The notes beneath the pieces were generated by a model. That model searched no databases. It was not told the origin of the DNA and saw nothing but the letters and a program-made list of their open reading frames with translations. Positions 25,420 to 38,067 of a stretch of DNA of 64,000 nt are shown here, piece after piece. Each line of letters opens with the position of its first letter. Positions within the stretch are counted from its first letter, which is position 1. Position numbers and translations under genes: made by a program. The DNA lies in contig CATNEN010000007.1 in the NCBI GenBank assembly GCA_950097015.1, positions 13,268,001 through 13,332,000 on the forward strand. Reading direction: 5' to 3'. Origin of the DNA: Macrostomum hystrix (Eukaryota; Animalia; Platyhelminthes).

Positions 25420-27331
25420 TAGGAGTCTAAAATCTTGGAGTCTAATATTTAGGTGGAAGCCCGGAATGCCGATCAAGTAGGTTGATGGCTTGTTATTAGG
25501 GTGCTCTGCGTGTGCTGGTAATTGCACATGCTTGAAATCTTGTGTGAACTATTGACAATGTCCATGGATCTACTCGATGGTAATATACAGCAATCTACAG
25601 TATTTTACAGTAAATAGAAGTAGAATTGGCAAGAGACAGAGACCCTTGATCGAGACCCTTGCTTGCGGTCTCAGTCCGCACATGTACGTGGATCCGTGGA
25701 GCGAAAACGATAGTGAGGTGGAAATATAAACCAGGTTGCAGTTACCCTGGAGCTTAAAACGTAAAGGGCACTCTTGTCGTCTGAGCATATTTCATAATAG
25801 TTGTAAAGCAGCCGCTAAGCTGCTTGAACCATCCATATTACGAGCTGTAGAAGCTTTTTTGCCATTCACCTATTTAATTTCTTGCGTCCGTAAACTTCCG
25901 TAAACTGTATACGAGTCAAAGGTGCATTTCGTTAAATGTTATAAAATGCTACCTTTATAGCATTCACATGTGCTATTACACTTTGTGTACATCTCACGAT
26001 CGCATTAAAAGCGTCTCATTATTTAAAATGACTACGAGCGTAGTCTTCTTAGCTACGGCAAGTTTAAAGTCCGCGTTTAGGGCTTGAGTTGTGAGCTTTG
26101 AGTTATCCAGGCTCTAAAATTCTCTACCAAAATTAGAGAATTAGTGCTTTTAAATGTGAATATATTCTAGCTCGTATTATATTTTACGCGAAGGCTCGTT
26201 CATTTTGTGTATTAGTTAGCAAATTTATTCTAGTCACTTATTCAGTATCAAGCTCGTGCTTGAATCTTGATAATTGATTTGTGTAGTTAAAATCGGAGGA
26301 GAAATTAAAGCGGAAAACGGTAGAAAAAAATTATTGCGCTGAGATACGAGTATTCTGCTCGCAATGGGAACTTGCCACAGTGAAAGTTTACGAGCGTAAA
26401 GCAATAGCTAGAACAATTTTAACAGTCAGCAGTAAAAAAGATTAAGATTATCATATGCTATGAGCATCTAATCAGTAAGCTCTAATACTTAACTTGAATA
26501 GTCGAGATTATTCACGATTACAGCTTTGTTTAGTTTTGAGTAGATCAGTTAGTAATGCGTAAGAGTGCATGCTAGTTTTATACTTGATTTTTAGGTATCA
26601 TGATTTGATTCGATAAATCAAAAGCCAAGACGACGACAGTACAGTATAATGACATTTTCTGATATATCAGATATAATGATAAGTTAGGTTTTCATCAAAA
26701 CTTTCCAGAGTTCAGTAAAAACTTGTCTATATCAATCGCAGACTAAAACTCTAGCACCAGATCAGCGTCACTATATAACAGGCCTGAAATGGTAGAGTAG
26801 GACAAAAGCTTGGTTTCCATCTAGCGGAAATTAGTATTTTTGTCTATGCCATTCAAAGTAACAAACTGACTGAGCGCAATAAATGACCTTTCGTGTTCTT
26901 GATTGCTAGCTCCTCTGCAGCGGTGGTGGATTGATTGCAACAAAAAGGTTGCGAACGTTTAGCTAATTACCAGATACGTGATAATTAAGTTTAAGGTTCT
27001 ACAACAGCGACAGAAGTTGCTGTACTTCACCAAGAAGATTTTCACCGCCATATTGAAGTGATCTTTCCCGAATGTCGAAGGCACTCTGCCCGGGGCCTCC
27101 GGCGGCAAACTGCCGCTTTCACACCTTACTACTTACAAGATACTAAATCTCTAAGACGTGACCGGTATTTCTTTACTTACAAACTTCTGACTGACTGGCA
27201 GATTGGGAAATCACAGTCTCTGGGATTTGGCTGGCGTCCTAGAGGACCCTGGTGGTCTGGCCAGGAACTATGGGTAGCATCCTACATTCGGAGGAAATGC
27301 TTTCACTTCCCCACCAATTTTTTGAGTTGTT

Positions 27332-27411
27332 TTACAAATGATGACAGATATTGCTGATGGCACCGCTGCTGCTTACTGTCTCCAGCCGGTTCATGATGTC
27401 AGCGGAGAAGC
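27332..27411 (-). CDS. SLC28A3: Concentrative nucleoside transporter (SLC28), predicted last exon 7/7
   Basis: gctaatacag|GC acceptor in phase 1 gives GFSADIMNRLETVSSSGAISNICHHL*. No homology support. An internal GTAAG donor at 27375 is an alternative end. Confidence 0.5.
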
Positions 27412-27624
27412 CTGTATTAGCTGCTTTTCCTAGCAGCCTTGGAATTGCAGTTTTCTATTATCGACAGTTTTTATACCAAATCTGCATCCCTAAATCGGTA
27501 TTTACCTAGCAAGTAAAAAAATTCAGGCCAATATTTTGAAATTTCAAACAAGCACACAAAATATCCCGTCTGAAATAACGCCGTATTCTAGGTATTATCT
27601 ACTTCTCGTATTAGCGAGTCTCAC

Positions 27625-27805
27625 CAGCGATGCAAGCGGTCATGAAGCAGGCGATGCTGCCCGCTACCATGGCCCTGGGGGCGCACTGGGCGATGTCAGA
27701 CCTTCGGCTCGGCGCCATGGCAGTTAGGGCGCCCATGAGGATGCCCATGCTGCCCAGGTTGGAAAAGCCGCACAGAGAATAGGTTGCGATCACAAGGGAC
27801 CTATC
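27625..27805 (-). CDS. SLC28A3: SLC28 nucleoside transporter exon 6/7
   Basis: DRSLVIATYSLCGFSNLGSMGI...RAMVAGSIACFMTACIAG contains the CNT signature TY.LCGF.N. Canonical splice sites. Confidence 0.93.
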
Positions 27806-28102
27806 CTACAATTTTCAAAGATGACTTGCAGACTTAAAAAAACGGGGGCTTTAAATCTTGAAAATAATTTCTTACTCTTTCCGTTTGATCCAATCTACAT
27901 CCCATAAAAAATTTGCACGACAAACTACAAGTAATTCAATAAATGTTTCAATGTCCAAAAATTTAAGACTTTTTTCATTATAAACAAATCGAAGCCAAGC
28001 ATAAGAGGATCTCGTACTTAAATGCTACCGTTCAAAATTTTGACGAGACCAGCAGTAGATTTTCGAGACAAAGCAATTTTAATCAGATAAACGTTCACTC
28101 AC

Positions 28103-28236
28103 GTCAAACAAAACTCCACCAGTCAAAGTCAGGTTCAGTGAATCGAAAACCACGTCTGATCCGACAAAGTTGTACGCCACATTAGTAAGGTTGCCCATGG
28201 CTGCTGACAGTGCTCTGTAGTTTGTCTTTATGGCAC
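28103..28236 (-). CDS. SLC28A3: SLC28 nucleoside transporter exon 5/7 (variable loop); not in the ORF track
   Basis: tctcag|GT ... GAC|GTGAGT. Open, and bridges phase 1 to phase 0 between exons 4 and 6. Confidence 0.85.
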
Positions 28237-28308
28237 CTGAGATTTAACGACGTTTAGATCAGTGAAATAAAAGGCTTTGTTTCAAGAAATATTTCAAAAC
28301 TGTCTCAC

Positions 28309-28867
28309 CCAGTCGCTGATATGCGATGAATTCGTTAAGAAATGTCTTGACGCCGATGAGTTCAGCCACCTGCCGGCAGTCCCTAGGAGGAACACCCATG
28401 ACCAGCGCAAGTGGCCAGAATACGAAGGACAGAATGAACTCAAATGTGAGCGGAAAACTCAGGCCCGCTCGGTAGCCAAGCCATGTGATGGTGGCGTTTA
28501 TGAATGCAAGGATGCTAACAAAGGCAACGAGATTAGCAGCGATGCCGCCAATAATGGTCAAAGATGCGATGGCGCCCGCGCCTGCAGCTTCCACGATGCC
28601 TCCGTAGCGGTGCATTTGCAGACGCTTCACGTCCTCAACCCGCGTCTGCGACTTGCGAGTCTCTGGGTAGACCAGTTTGCTAATGGCCAGAGCGGCTGGA
28701 GCAGACATGACGCTGGCGCTCAGTAGATGTCTGGCTGGCACCCCCATGCTGATGTAGGCGGCCATGACGCCGCCAGCGATGGTGGCGAAGCCGGAGGTCA
28801 TGACACTGTGTATCTCCGATTTGGTCATGAGCTTCAGAAATGGTCGCACCATTAGTGGTGCCTCTGT
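28309..28867 (-). CDS. SLC28A3: SLC28 nucleoside transporter exon 4/7
   Basis: TEAPLMVRPFL...MTSGFATIAGGV...HLLSASVMSAP...G.KTFLNEFIAY are CNT motifs. Canonical splice sites. Confidence 0.95.
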
Positions 28868-28950
28868 CTGTGTTTTACGGAGCGATTTTTTAGATGTAGA
28901 AAAATATTTTATTTTTAATTATTACTAGTGTTGGTACGGCTTTTGCTCAC

Positions 28951-29112
28951 CTGACCGACAAATATATTAGCAGAAGCTACCATACTCTCTGCTGCCGTGG
29001 TGCCCATAACGACCTGCATGACAGAGCCGATACGGCAGATGACGGCCTGCAGCACTCCAAAGTAGAATAGCACAGTCAGCGCGGAAGAGAAGTAAATAAT
29101 TATCGGAAGTAT
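28951..29112 (-). CDS. SLC28A3: SLC28 nucleoside transporter exon 3/7
   Basis: ILPIIIYFSS...GTTAAESMVASANIFVGQ. tttcag| acceptor and |GTGAG donor, phase 0. Confidence 0.93.
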
Positions 29113-29182
29113 CTGAAAGGCCATGCAGTTGTTTATATCACCTATAACCAAAAAATGAACACATACGTCCTTTGTTGCTGAC

Positions 29183-29374
29183 CTTAAAGGCAAAGAAATG
29201 ATGTTCGTAGCTGGTGCCGAAGAGAAACTTGGATCCCTCCGTGCAATGCCCCAAGAACTCAGTCGTGCGGTCGCCAAGGAAGTTAAAGAAAGCAAAGCCG
29301 GCGCTCGTACGGAGGATGAGGGCTGCAAACACCAGTTGTATTACAGTCCCGCCAATAACTGGCTTCCAGTTCAC
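29183..29374 (-). CDS. SLC28A3: SLC28 nucleoside transporter exon 2/7
   Basis: VNWKPVIGG..IQ...ILRT..G...GSKFLFG...FAFK is the CNT N-terminal domain. Phase 0 on both sides. Confidence 0.93.
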
Positions 29375-29743
29375 CTGAGAAGACGTACAGATATTGATCC
29401 AGTTGTTATTACCGATGCTTTGACCTCAAATGGTATCATCTTGATATTTGAAGCCATGCATATACATTTATAAGCACTAGCTTTTATAATGAATTTCTGA
29501 ATGGAAGTGCTTGTATTACCAAATCTCCATGCTCCTCTAAACTAATTACTGTGAGCTAAAAAGTAGCTGTGCGCGCTCGAATTAACTCAGTAGCTTTAGT
29601 TCGAAAGTCAAATACTGCCAAAAAATATTGAAATCCCCGTTCAATGTTCAGGCTCTAATTAAACTACGAGTACCCGAGCACAAACAGTAGCATTTTTTAA
29701 ATAGAATAACGACTTTGTGAGCAATCCCCACAGTTTTTCTCAC

Positions 29744-30478
29744 CCTATTGGGGTGGGCTGAGATGACCAGCGAGAGCAGCAGTAGTATGACCAGACCACA
29801 GGCGGACACGAGGTTGCTCGGGTTTTGCACTGCCATCCACAAGAGGAAGGCTATGATGATGACAACCTCGGGCACCCACCAGAACGACGTGGCCAGTTGG
29901 AGGGGGCGGTCGCAGTTGCTGAGTAACTTAATGATCATGCGCTCGACTGAGTTTCTAAAGCATTTCGGAGTCCACTTAATGGCAGACACGGCGATAATCA
30001 CGGCAGACACCCACAAAAGTCGGATACTCTGTTCGGCCTCCGCAGTGCCGCGAAATTTCGTAGCCAGCAGGTAGCAGCAGTACGCCAGGTACATCAGGTA
30101 AGCTAAAGTGACTACCACGATTGCAGCTCTCTTGGTGATGCTGATGAGTCGATCGCGACTGGTCTCGGCCATCGACGAGCAGAGCAGCCTTTCGTACAGG
30201 TGCTGCCAACAGTCGTCACGGGGCGGTAGCTCCTCAAAGTCAGGCGCCTCGTCTGCGTCCTTATTTGTATCTTCGAGTATCTTCATTGGAAACGCAATGC
30301 ACGATTTCTCTGACTTGGCTCCGACATCCGCTGCATTAGCATCGGCCGTTTCGATTGGCTCCCCTTGTAGTGCGTCCAGCTGTATTTCATGAGCCTTGCT
30401 GTCTACGACTAGGACCCGCTCCTCGGGCGTCCCGATGAGTACTCCATCTGGCTGCGTGAGATTGCGTGACATTGCCAT
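29744..30478 (-). CDS. SLC28A3: SLC28 nucleoside transporter exon 1/7 (cytosolic N-terminus and first TM helices)
   Basis: ATG at 30478, hydrophobic helices ending NLVSACGL...ISAHPNR|GTGAG. The symbol is family-level: the GQTE motif is CNT3-like but orthology is untested. Confidence 0.88.
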
Positions 30479-31561
30479 GTTCGTCTTCGGAGTTGATTTC
30501 TTGATATTCTGCTAGAAAATAAGTTTGTGAATTCTTGGATTTATGAATATTCAAACGTGAATCATGAGTCTTGTAACGCTCATGATTTTTAATTTACCGT
30601 GTAGGACATGATCGTATGCTGCAATAAAAGTTTCTGTGCCTTATTGTATTTCGAAATCGGGTGCGAAAAACTCATTTTTTAATTCATTAGAATTTGTTAG
30701 AATGTAGTTTGCTGGGTTGCAATGGTGGAGCTTCGAATCCAGCTAGGTGCAGATTACAAGTCGAACTTCGTGGTTATACCCTGAACATCCGTCTTGACAA
30801 CCAAGCAAGAGGCCCGCTCCGAATTAGTAGATTGCCTTGATCATACGACATCCAGGAGAAAAGCACATCTCATACTGGGCCTCCATAACAAGTCACCCAG
30901 ATTCCACAATTTCCAAATTATTAGGGTACCCAACATACAGCGATGCTGGAATAAAACTATAAGTTAACAGCGAGTTCTGCAAAACTGCGGCGACATAGTC
31001 CTGCAAAGGCAATTAGAACACACAAAGCTAATTTCGTTGCCCAGTTTGATATTGACTGGAGGCATAGAACAGAGAACTCGACCAAGCTACTAATTCTACT
31101 ATTTATTAATCAATATTATTCAGCCGAAAAATATATGTACAAGAAATTGCAACCCTGAGTTGAGGCGTAGTCTATCCTATCCTCTTTTAGACTAGGAAAC
31201 GAAAAGTTGTACTATCAGCTTGTTGCCCTTTTGTCTCACCTGTGTTATTCAGTGTATTATTTTACATTATTCAGTTGTCTCGTAGTTTATTTTTAGACTC
31301 GTGTTTTTTTGTTAAGAGTTCACTTCACACCGAGTCGGTCCGGGCCAGCCAGGTGGGCAGACGCCAACCACCCCGCGAGCACTACCCCTGGGCTAAGGTC
31401 TCGGCCAATCAGCGTGGGACCCGGCCTCATATCTGTCTAACCCCGGCGAGATGTCATCCCAGGGCTCAGGACAGCGGCCGCGTGTCTACTGTGATTTGTC
31501 ACGCACGGCATCCACAGCCAGGCATCCACCTGGTTGTTTTCTAATTATCTGTTGATCGACC

Positions 31562-31720
31562 TACGAGGGGTGTCCCAAAAGTTCCCGGAATGTCCAACGT
31601 AGCTCTTCAACGGAGCCATGAAATTTCACGTCCATGGTGTCAAATGAAAGGAAATTTTGTCACGAAGAAGACAAAGTTAAAATCATGTTCATATATTTTT
31701 CTATTCAGGAGCTGCAGCAA
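31562..31720 (+). mobile_element. Mariner-like terminal fragment (TA + CGAGGGGTGTCCCAAAAGTT)
   Basis: Resembles CGAGGG-type mariner TIR starts. Matching right end not found, so the extent is uncertain. Confidence 0.55.
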
Positions 31721-32085
31721 GAAACGTGCGCGAAGGTCAGGGGTAGTGTTACACAAGATGGAGACTCCAGAAGGAGTGCCAACCGATAGAATCTGTCGGG
31801 GCAGCGCTGAAAGCAGAGATAGCAGGAGCTTCTTGGCATAACTAAACCAGAGTAGGGCGTGGTTCAGGCCAGCTAAATAAAATGATTACTTTCCCCTCTT
31901 GCTGATATTTAACTCCGTGCTAACTTTTCAATCATTCTGTGTGCCAGTATTTATCCGTGTCAATATTTTTCTACAGTAGTGTTAACTTTGTAAAGTAAAT
32001 CTAATCTCGAGTAAACGTGAATTCAAATCTGGATTCGAGCCTTCATAAGTCTAGACGGCGAGTCTGGAAAAAATAGATAATCATA

Positions 32086-32145
32086 CTCACCAATTGAATA
32101 TGTTTCGAGTCTGTGTTCAATTCCGTGTTATTACTTTTATATAAT
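32086..32145 (-). promoter_or_regulatory. Candidate TATA box and very short non-coding first exon of the SLC28 gene
   Basis: TATATAAAAG on the minus strand near 32143, GTGAGT donor at 32090, and acceptor ttttctagcag near 30510 just upstream of the ATG. Confidence 0.4.
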
Positions 32146-33256
32146 TGGGTGTTTCGCCGGGCCCGAGTTCCACGCTGGGGTTTTCACGGCTTATCTATCT
32201 GCTACCGCTCGCCAACCTGTTTATTTTCAGTTTCCCGCCCTGCTACTATTCAACGAGCGGTAGGACACCGACCCCGGTGAGGTGAATAGTCGCTAGCTTT
32301 AAATTCTCTACGCTCCAGCTAGGACTTTTATTTCTCTTATTACAAAGTTTGCTTGCGACCCATTGCGAACTGCGAGACCGAGAATTGCCTATGATGATGA
32401 TGATTTCAAAATCAATTTATTACTTTATTAATAGCTCGTAAATTACTTTATCATCGCATCTGTGCTACGACTACGTCTGCGTTTACGTGTACGTACGCGC
32501 TCGTATATTTTCTACGTCTGTGCGACACTGTAAATCCAATCGAATTTTAGGTCCTGCAGTCCGTATTGTTGAACATGATAAATTGTGATTTCTCTAGCAA
32601 AAGTGGGATAGGGTGCTACTTATACCTTCAGGGCTTAAAAATGCTAACACGAGACAAGGATATAGTCTTGAGACAGGGTAGGGTCGGTCACAAAGATAGA
32701 CAAGCCGACGAGCGTATTTCTCCGTAGTGAAGTCTTTCCTAAACATATGATAGAAATAACTAAGTTTTACAGACTTTGTCTCCAGAATCTTATAATTTCA
32801 TTTTCAAAGTTCACCTATGTCTATTTTTTGCTTCAATTTTGTATCACGTTGCTAATCCGCTTTGCCTTGATACCACAGCCACTGTATATCGAATCATTCA
32901 CCAATTAAATTTCGAGATTATAGAGTCTTGTCGAATAGATCAGAGTGAAACCCAGTACTGAAAAAGTATTTTCTGTATGTTTATTAGCCTGCAGTTTTTG
33001 GGTCATTGCGGGGCCTTTTGTAAATGGAAAACACCAGTGCAATTGACCACTGCCTAGGTGTGCATCCTAATCTTATTATCGAATAAAATAGTTTCACAAA
33101 AAAGGTTTTGTCAATTCCAAACAATAAATTATACATTTGTTCGCATTTTCATTAATCCCGAAGGCTTTTTGCATAAGCCCAGTGACAAATATAATCAGCA
33201 ATTAGTTTTTCTTTTAGCTAAATCTTCTTTGCAATTATTTTTTCTCTTTTTTTAAC

Positions 33257-33990
33257 TTCCGATGGGGTCTGTATTAGGCTCGCACGGGCGGGACACAACG
33301 CCTGTGAGGTATGAGTTAGTGTAGGCCCACGAGCTAAGGTCTGCGATGCCCCACGCCTGCAGTTCTCTCTTAAGCAGTTCATGGCAGGAGGGTGCCCTGC
33401 GCCTTCTGGCGCAGGAATCCCTCCACGCTGTTCCGTCAACTGACCCATGAGTACACGTCCCGCGAGTGTTCAAGGCTGACCCCAGGGCAGCCGGACAGAA
33501 AGGGCTACAGCGCTGGACGACCCACCCAGGGCCTCTGGCCCTAATGGATACGTCATGCTTCAGCTCTGAGGGAAAGGTGCCACCCTTTGACCTCAACAAG
33601 GTATGTGGCCAGTCCGCAGCGATCGTGCACCTGTGCGGGATCAGGTACCTCTGGCTACGGCTCTGAGGGAAAGGTGTCACCCATTAACCTCAACAGGCTT
33701 CGGCCGCGGGTACGTGGCTAGTCCATGGGTTTAGACGCAGCCAATTACGTCCTCCAATGTCCTAGTGTTTACCGTACTGATGGGCGCTTGGCAGGGGAGT
33801 ATTACTGTCGCTAGCGGTTCCCCCTCTTGTTGTCGAGCGAGCCTCGAGGAATATTTTTGTCCTAGGTCCCGGTTTGGTGACGCGGCAAGGGGATTCTCTT
33901 ATGCCTTTAACAGGCACCCCACCACCATTTTCTCATGGCCTTCGAGCCGATCATGAGTACCAAACAAAATTCTAGGTTTGGGGATCCTTT
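33257..33990 (-). mobile_element. Probable LINE (RTE-like) 5' fragment
   Basis: GC-rich block in AT-rich context. HELLKRELQAWGIA resembles the start of an AP-endonuclease domain. Internal ~37-bp duplication at 33565 and 33661. Confidence 0.45.
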
Positions 33991-36832
33991 AAAAGCCCAA
34001 GCTCAGTCTGAAGGAGCTGCCGGTCCAACCATCCCTCCATCAGTTTTCCACATCACGCTACACGCGTTCTTCCATGACAAAAACCAAGTTTAAGATTCGC
34101 TTTATGGACATTCTGCCAGCAGGTAGCAGTAGGACTGCGTCTTTAATGAAAGCGCACAGTTGTTGCTCACTTTTATAATTCCTACCGATCAGCGAGTTAT
34201 TCACGAATAGAAACACCATTTTATCGAATAACAGTTTAGCAGGTAAAAATGTCATCAGCTACCCTAAAAAAGACTGCAAAGTTGCAACAGAATATTCTCC
34301 GCAAAGCATTCCACTAAGTTTGCTGAGTTGAGCTCGTTGCAAACACCCGATATTTTCTCACATGCGAACAAGTGAGTGTGCATGGCTATTTCGATACTGT
34401 AAACAGCGGGGGTAGACAGGTCATAGAGCAAAAGCTTCAAAGTATGAATATTTATAACTTACTTTGAGTGTGAAGTTTCCCTTGTCGCTCACTCTTTTCG
34501 TTTTCTCTTCTCAGTGCTCTAATGGTTGACTTCTGAACGTTTGTTGCTGCTCTTGTCTTTTAAGGTCGCAAGTTGTGAAGGAAAAACGACGAAAATAAAG
34601 CCTTGGGGATGGGAGACAGTTGCTGCGGACAGCCAATGGAAATGATTCGCGAATAATACTTTAAAGAGCGAATAGCCTGTGGTGCGGTGCGCTGGAAAAA
34701 TATAAATGGAGCATTCGCAGAAAAATTACCTAAAGACTGAGGACGCCTATATGCGCTAGATAAAATTTAGCAAAAATAAAAGCTTTTCATCTATATAAAA
34801 ATACTTATAAAAAATCAATATTAAAAAATCTTTACAAACCGGTTACGTTAATGTCATATGACGTATAACGTATCTCTCTGCATTGTGAATTTTTTTTCGG
34901 GCTTTTTTATGTTCCCAGCCACGCACCCGTGTGTTTTATACTTTTTACGCACATTTATAGTTCTGAGAGGGCCCGCCCCTTATTCCTGCGAGCGTAATTC
35001 AAATACATTTTGTGGGGCAGCAATGGAAAATTATACTTAGCAACAGTCAAAAGTAAGTATAATTGGGAGTCATGCACGGAAGGCGGGGGTTGATGATTGC
35101 ATCACTTGCGGACGAGTCACATGTGAGAGAAGAGCAGCCTCTCGCTGATGAGATGTCAACCTATGACAGTTTAAAGAAACATACAAATGAAAAATATAGT
35201 TTGAGTCAGATTTAAAACAGAAGCACATGCCCCTTGCTCCTACATTCACCGATCGTATTACCCACAATGCATGCATTAAGCACAGCTCCACTGAAAGCTG
35301 AAGCGCGAATTCAAGTTATTCATTTTCGGCCAGTAAAGCAAACTCTTGGCTGACCAAAGTCGCCACGTGTTTATTTGGTGCCTCCTGGATTTCTTCGTCC
35401 TTGATTTCTACGCGGTGTTGTACTGTATTAGGAGCGAAAAAGTTGTAGCTTCATATTATAGCGAGATGCTTCGAACAGCGAAAGCAGCAAAATGACAGAA
35501 CTGTACATTACTTTACATACAGCAATAAACAGTGCACTGAATCTCAAGCTAGTTTGCCTTGGGGAAGTTTGTAAACACTGCTTTGCAACGGGGGGAAGTT
35601 CAAAGTCCATAGTCTCGGATAAGAAGTGAGTTTTGAAGTCAGAAGAAATGAAGATCGGGCAGGATGGCTCGGATTACAAGCTGCTTTCTTCTAGTTCTGG
35701 CTTATCAGATAATAGCTCGTAGCCATAATTACGCTAAAGCTGTTGGATTTTCCTGTCTCCTGATGAAAAGATTAATTTTGGCAGAGTTCAACCTCTTAGA
35801 GCTGAGAGCCGTCCTGAAGATTGGCATCAAGTTTGAGTGACTTCGAATTGAGCGGGCAAGCGAATTTACAAGAGCAAATAGTGAGCTGGGGATGGGTGCA
35901 GCGATGGTGTCTTCCAAGATACAAACCATCCCGGCCAGTTCGCATGATGGTCGGGCACAGTTTCATATGCATGTCTGACTTATGTAAAGAAAATGCTGAC
36001 ATTAATAAATTCAGCATTTTTAGCATCTTTACTTTCTTGTAGTTGTGAGAGATAGTCGATGGAATAGATATTTTTCCATTTATCATAAGTTTACAACGCA
36101 AATATTTACCTTGGTCTAGGTTAGGGTTAGGGTCTACAACCAAAAATTGCATCTGTGATCTGTGAAAGTAACATATCTCGTTCGAATCAGATTCCAGCGT
36201 ATTCAATGTTGCAGACTGCCTTTATACAAAATAGACTTTACATACTTTACAGCTTATGTCTCTTATTTTTTCTAGGCAGTTCAGAATAAAAACCAATTTA
36301 TGAAGAAAGTATAAATATAAATTATAGGCTCTAGCCAAGAGCCTATAATGTCTTCTTAAAACCAAGTTAGCTAGCAAGTGAGATTCGCTACGTAGCGGAG
36401 TCAGTTTAGGTGTCAGCAAACATATATGAAGGCAAAAGCTATTAGTGTAACATCAATAAGAGTAGCAGATGCTGTGAACATGCTGTCCGTGCTCCACGGC
36501 TGACGTAAGTGCAAGTACAGCAACACCTGAAACTGCTTTATTATATGTTTCATGACTGCAGACTGCTAGCATGTAATATTCGTGTATACAATCGTAAAAG
36601 CGTATAAGCTAATTGTAGTACAAAAGACGGTTAGTAAATAAAGTACGCAGGACTTAAATATTAGGACGCAAAAAATTAATTAAGCAGAAAAGTAAAATCA
36701 CTGCTGAATTGCGGAAGAATTCGATTCGCTTGTTAGGATTTAGCTTGAACATACAGACTAGAGCAGGCGACTGAAGGTACAGCACCTGCAAAAGACTCCT
36801 GAATCTAGCGAACATGATCCATATGCTAAATG

Positions 36833-37645
36833 GATGCGATGTGCAGCAAACAATTCACAAGTGGTGTTAGTCGGCTGCACCAATAAGCGCAAATCTAGAG
36901 CAACGGTTCACAGTCAGCTGCTGATGCGATGTGCAGCAAACAATTCACAAGTGGTGTTAGTCGGCTGCACCAATAAGCGCAAATCTAGAGCAACGGTTCA
37001 CAGTCAGCTGCTGATGCGATGTGCAGCAAACAATTCACAAGTGGTGTTAGTCGGCTGCACCAATAAGCGCAAATCTAGAGCAACGGTTCACAGTCAGCTG
37101 CTGATGCGATGTGCAGCAAACAATTCACAAGTGGTGTTAGTCGGCTGCACCAAAAGGGCAAATCTAGAGCAACGGTTCACAGTCAGCTGCTGATGCGATG
37201 TGCAGCAAACAATTCACAAGTGGTGTTAGTCGGCTGCACCAAAAGGGCAAATCTAGAGCAACGGTTCACAGTCAGCTGCTGATGCGATGTGCAGCAAACA
37301 ATTCACAAGTGGTGTTAGTCGGCTGCACCAAAAGGGCAAATCTAGAGCAACGGTTCACAGTCAGCTGCTGATGCGATGTGCAGCAAACAATTCACAAGTG
37401 GTGTTAGTCGGCTGCACCAATAAGCGCAAATCTAGAGCAACGGTTCACAGTCAGCTGCTGATGCGATGTGCAGCAAACAATTCACAAGTGGTGTTAGTCG
37501 GCTGCACCAATAAGCGCAAATCTAGAGCAACGGTTCACAGTCAGCTGCTGATGCGATGTGCAGCAAACCATTCACGAGTGGTGTTAGTCGGCTGCACCAA
37601 TAAGCGCAAATCTAGAGCAACGGTTCACAGTCAGCTGCTGATGCG
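36833..37645. repeat. 90-bp minisatellite, 9 copies (three adjacent copies are an 89-bp variant)
   Basis: Unit gatgcgatgtgcagcaaacaattcacaagtggtgttagtcggctgcaccaataagcgcaaatctagagcaacggttcacagtcagctgct. Confidence 0.98.
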
Positions 37646-38067
37646 GAGTGCTCAGTAATTCGATCTCACTAGTCACACACGAATGCAGACACGTTTTAAC
37701 GCAATAGAAATTAAAGGCCCCGAGTAGAAGCAAGAAAGCATGCGAAAATAAAAAACACTCGGAACTGAAGGTGGGAGCGGATAATACGGAGGCAGTCAGA
37801 AAAATGAGCCGGCACATAGGATTGACAAGCGAGCAGCTCAAAAGTGTAAAGCATTTCACAACATATATTATAAAGCAATTTGTAATAAGCGGCTTGTGTG
37901 AATACGAGCACAACACATGATTCAGAAAGTCAATAATTAAATCGTCACACAAAAAGGATTAACAAATAGAGCCGAGACATGTGGCAGACGGCACAACAAT
38001 AAAAAACTAGATACGGCTTCAAAAGCAGTACAACTATGACTAGATAAAAGTAAATGGGAGGAGCATG

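Noticed and set aside
30723-30790. tRNA-Thr(TGT)-like sequence on the minus strand
   Set aside because: It has an anticodon-like loop and a B-box-like GGATTCGAA, but the D-arm and acceptor stem do not pair. At most a decayed SINE head.
36119-36132. TTAGGG repeats as telomeric sequence
   Set aside because: Only about two copies, so not meaningful.
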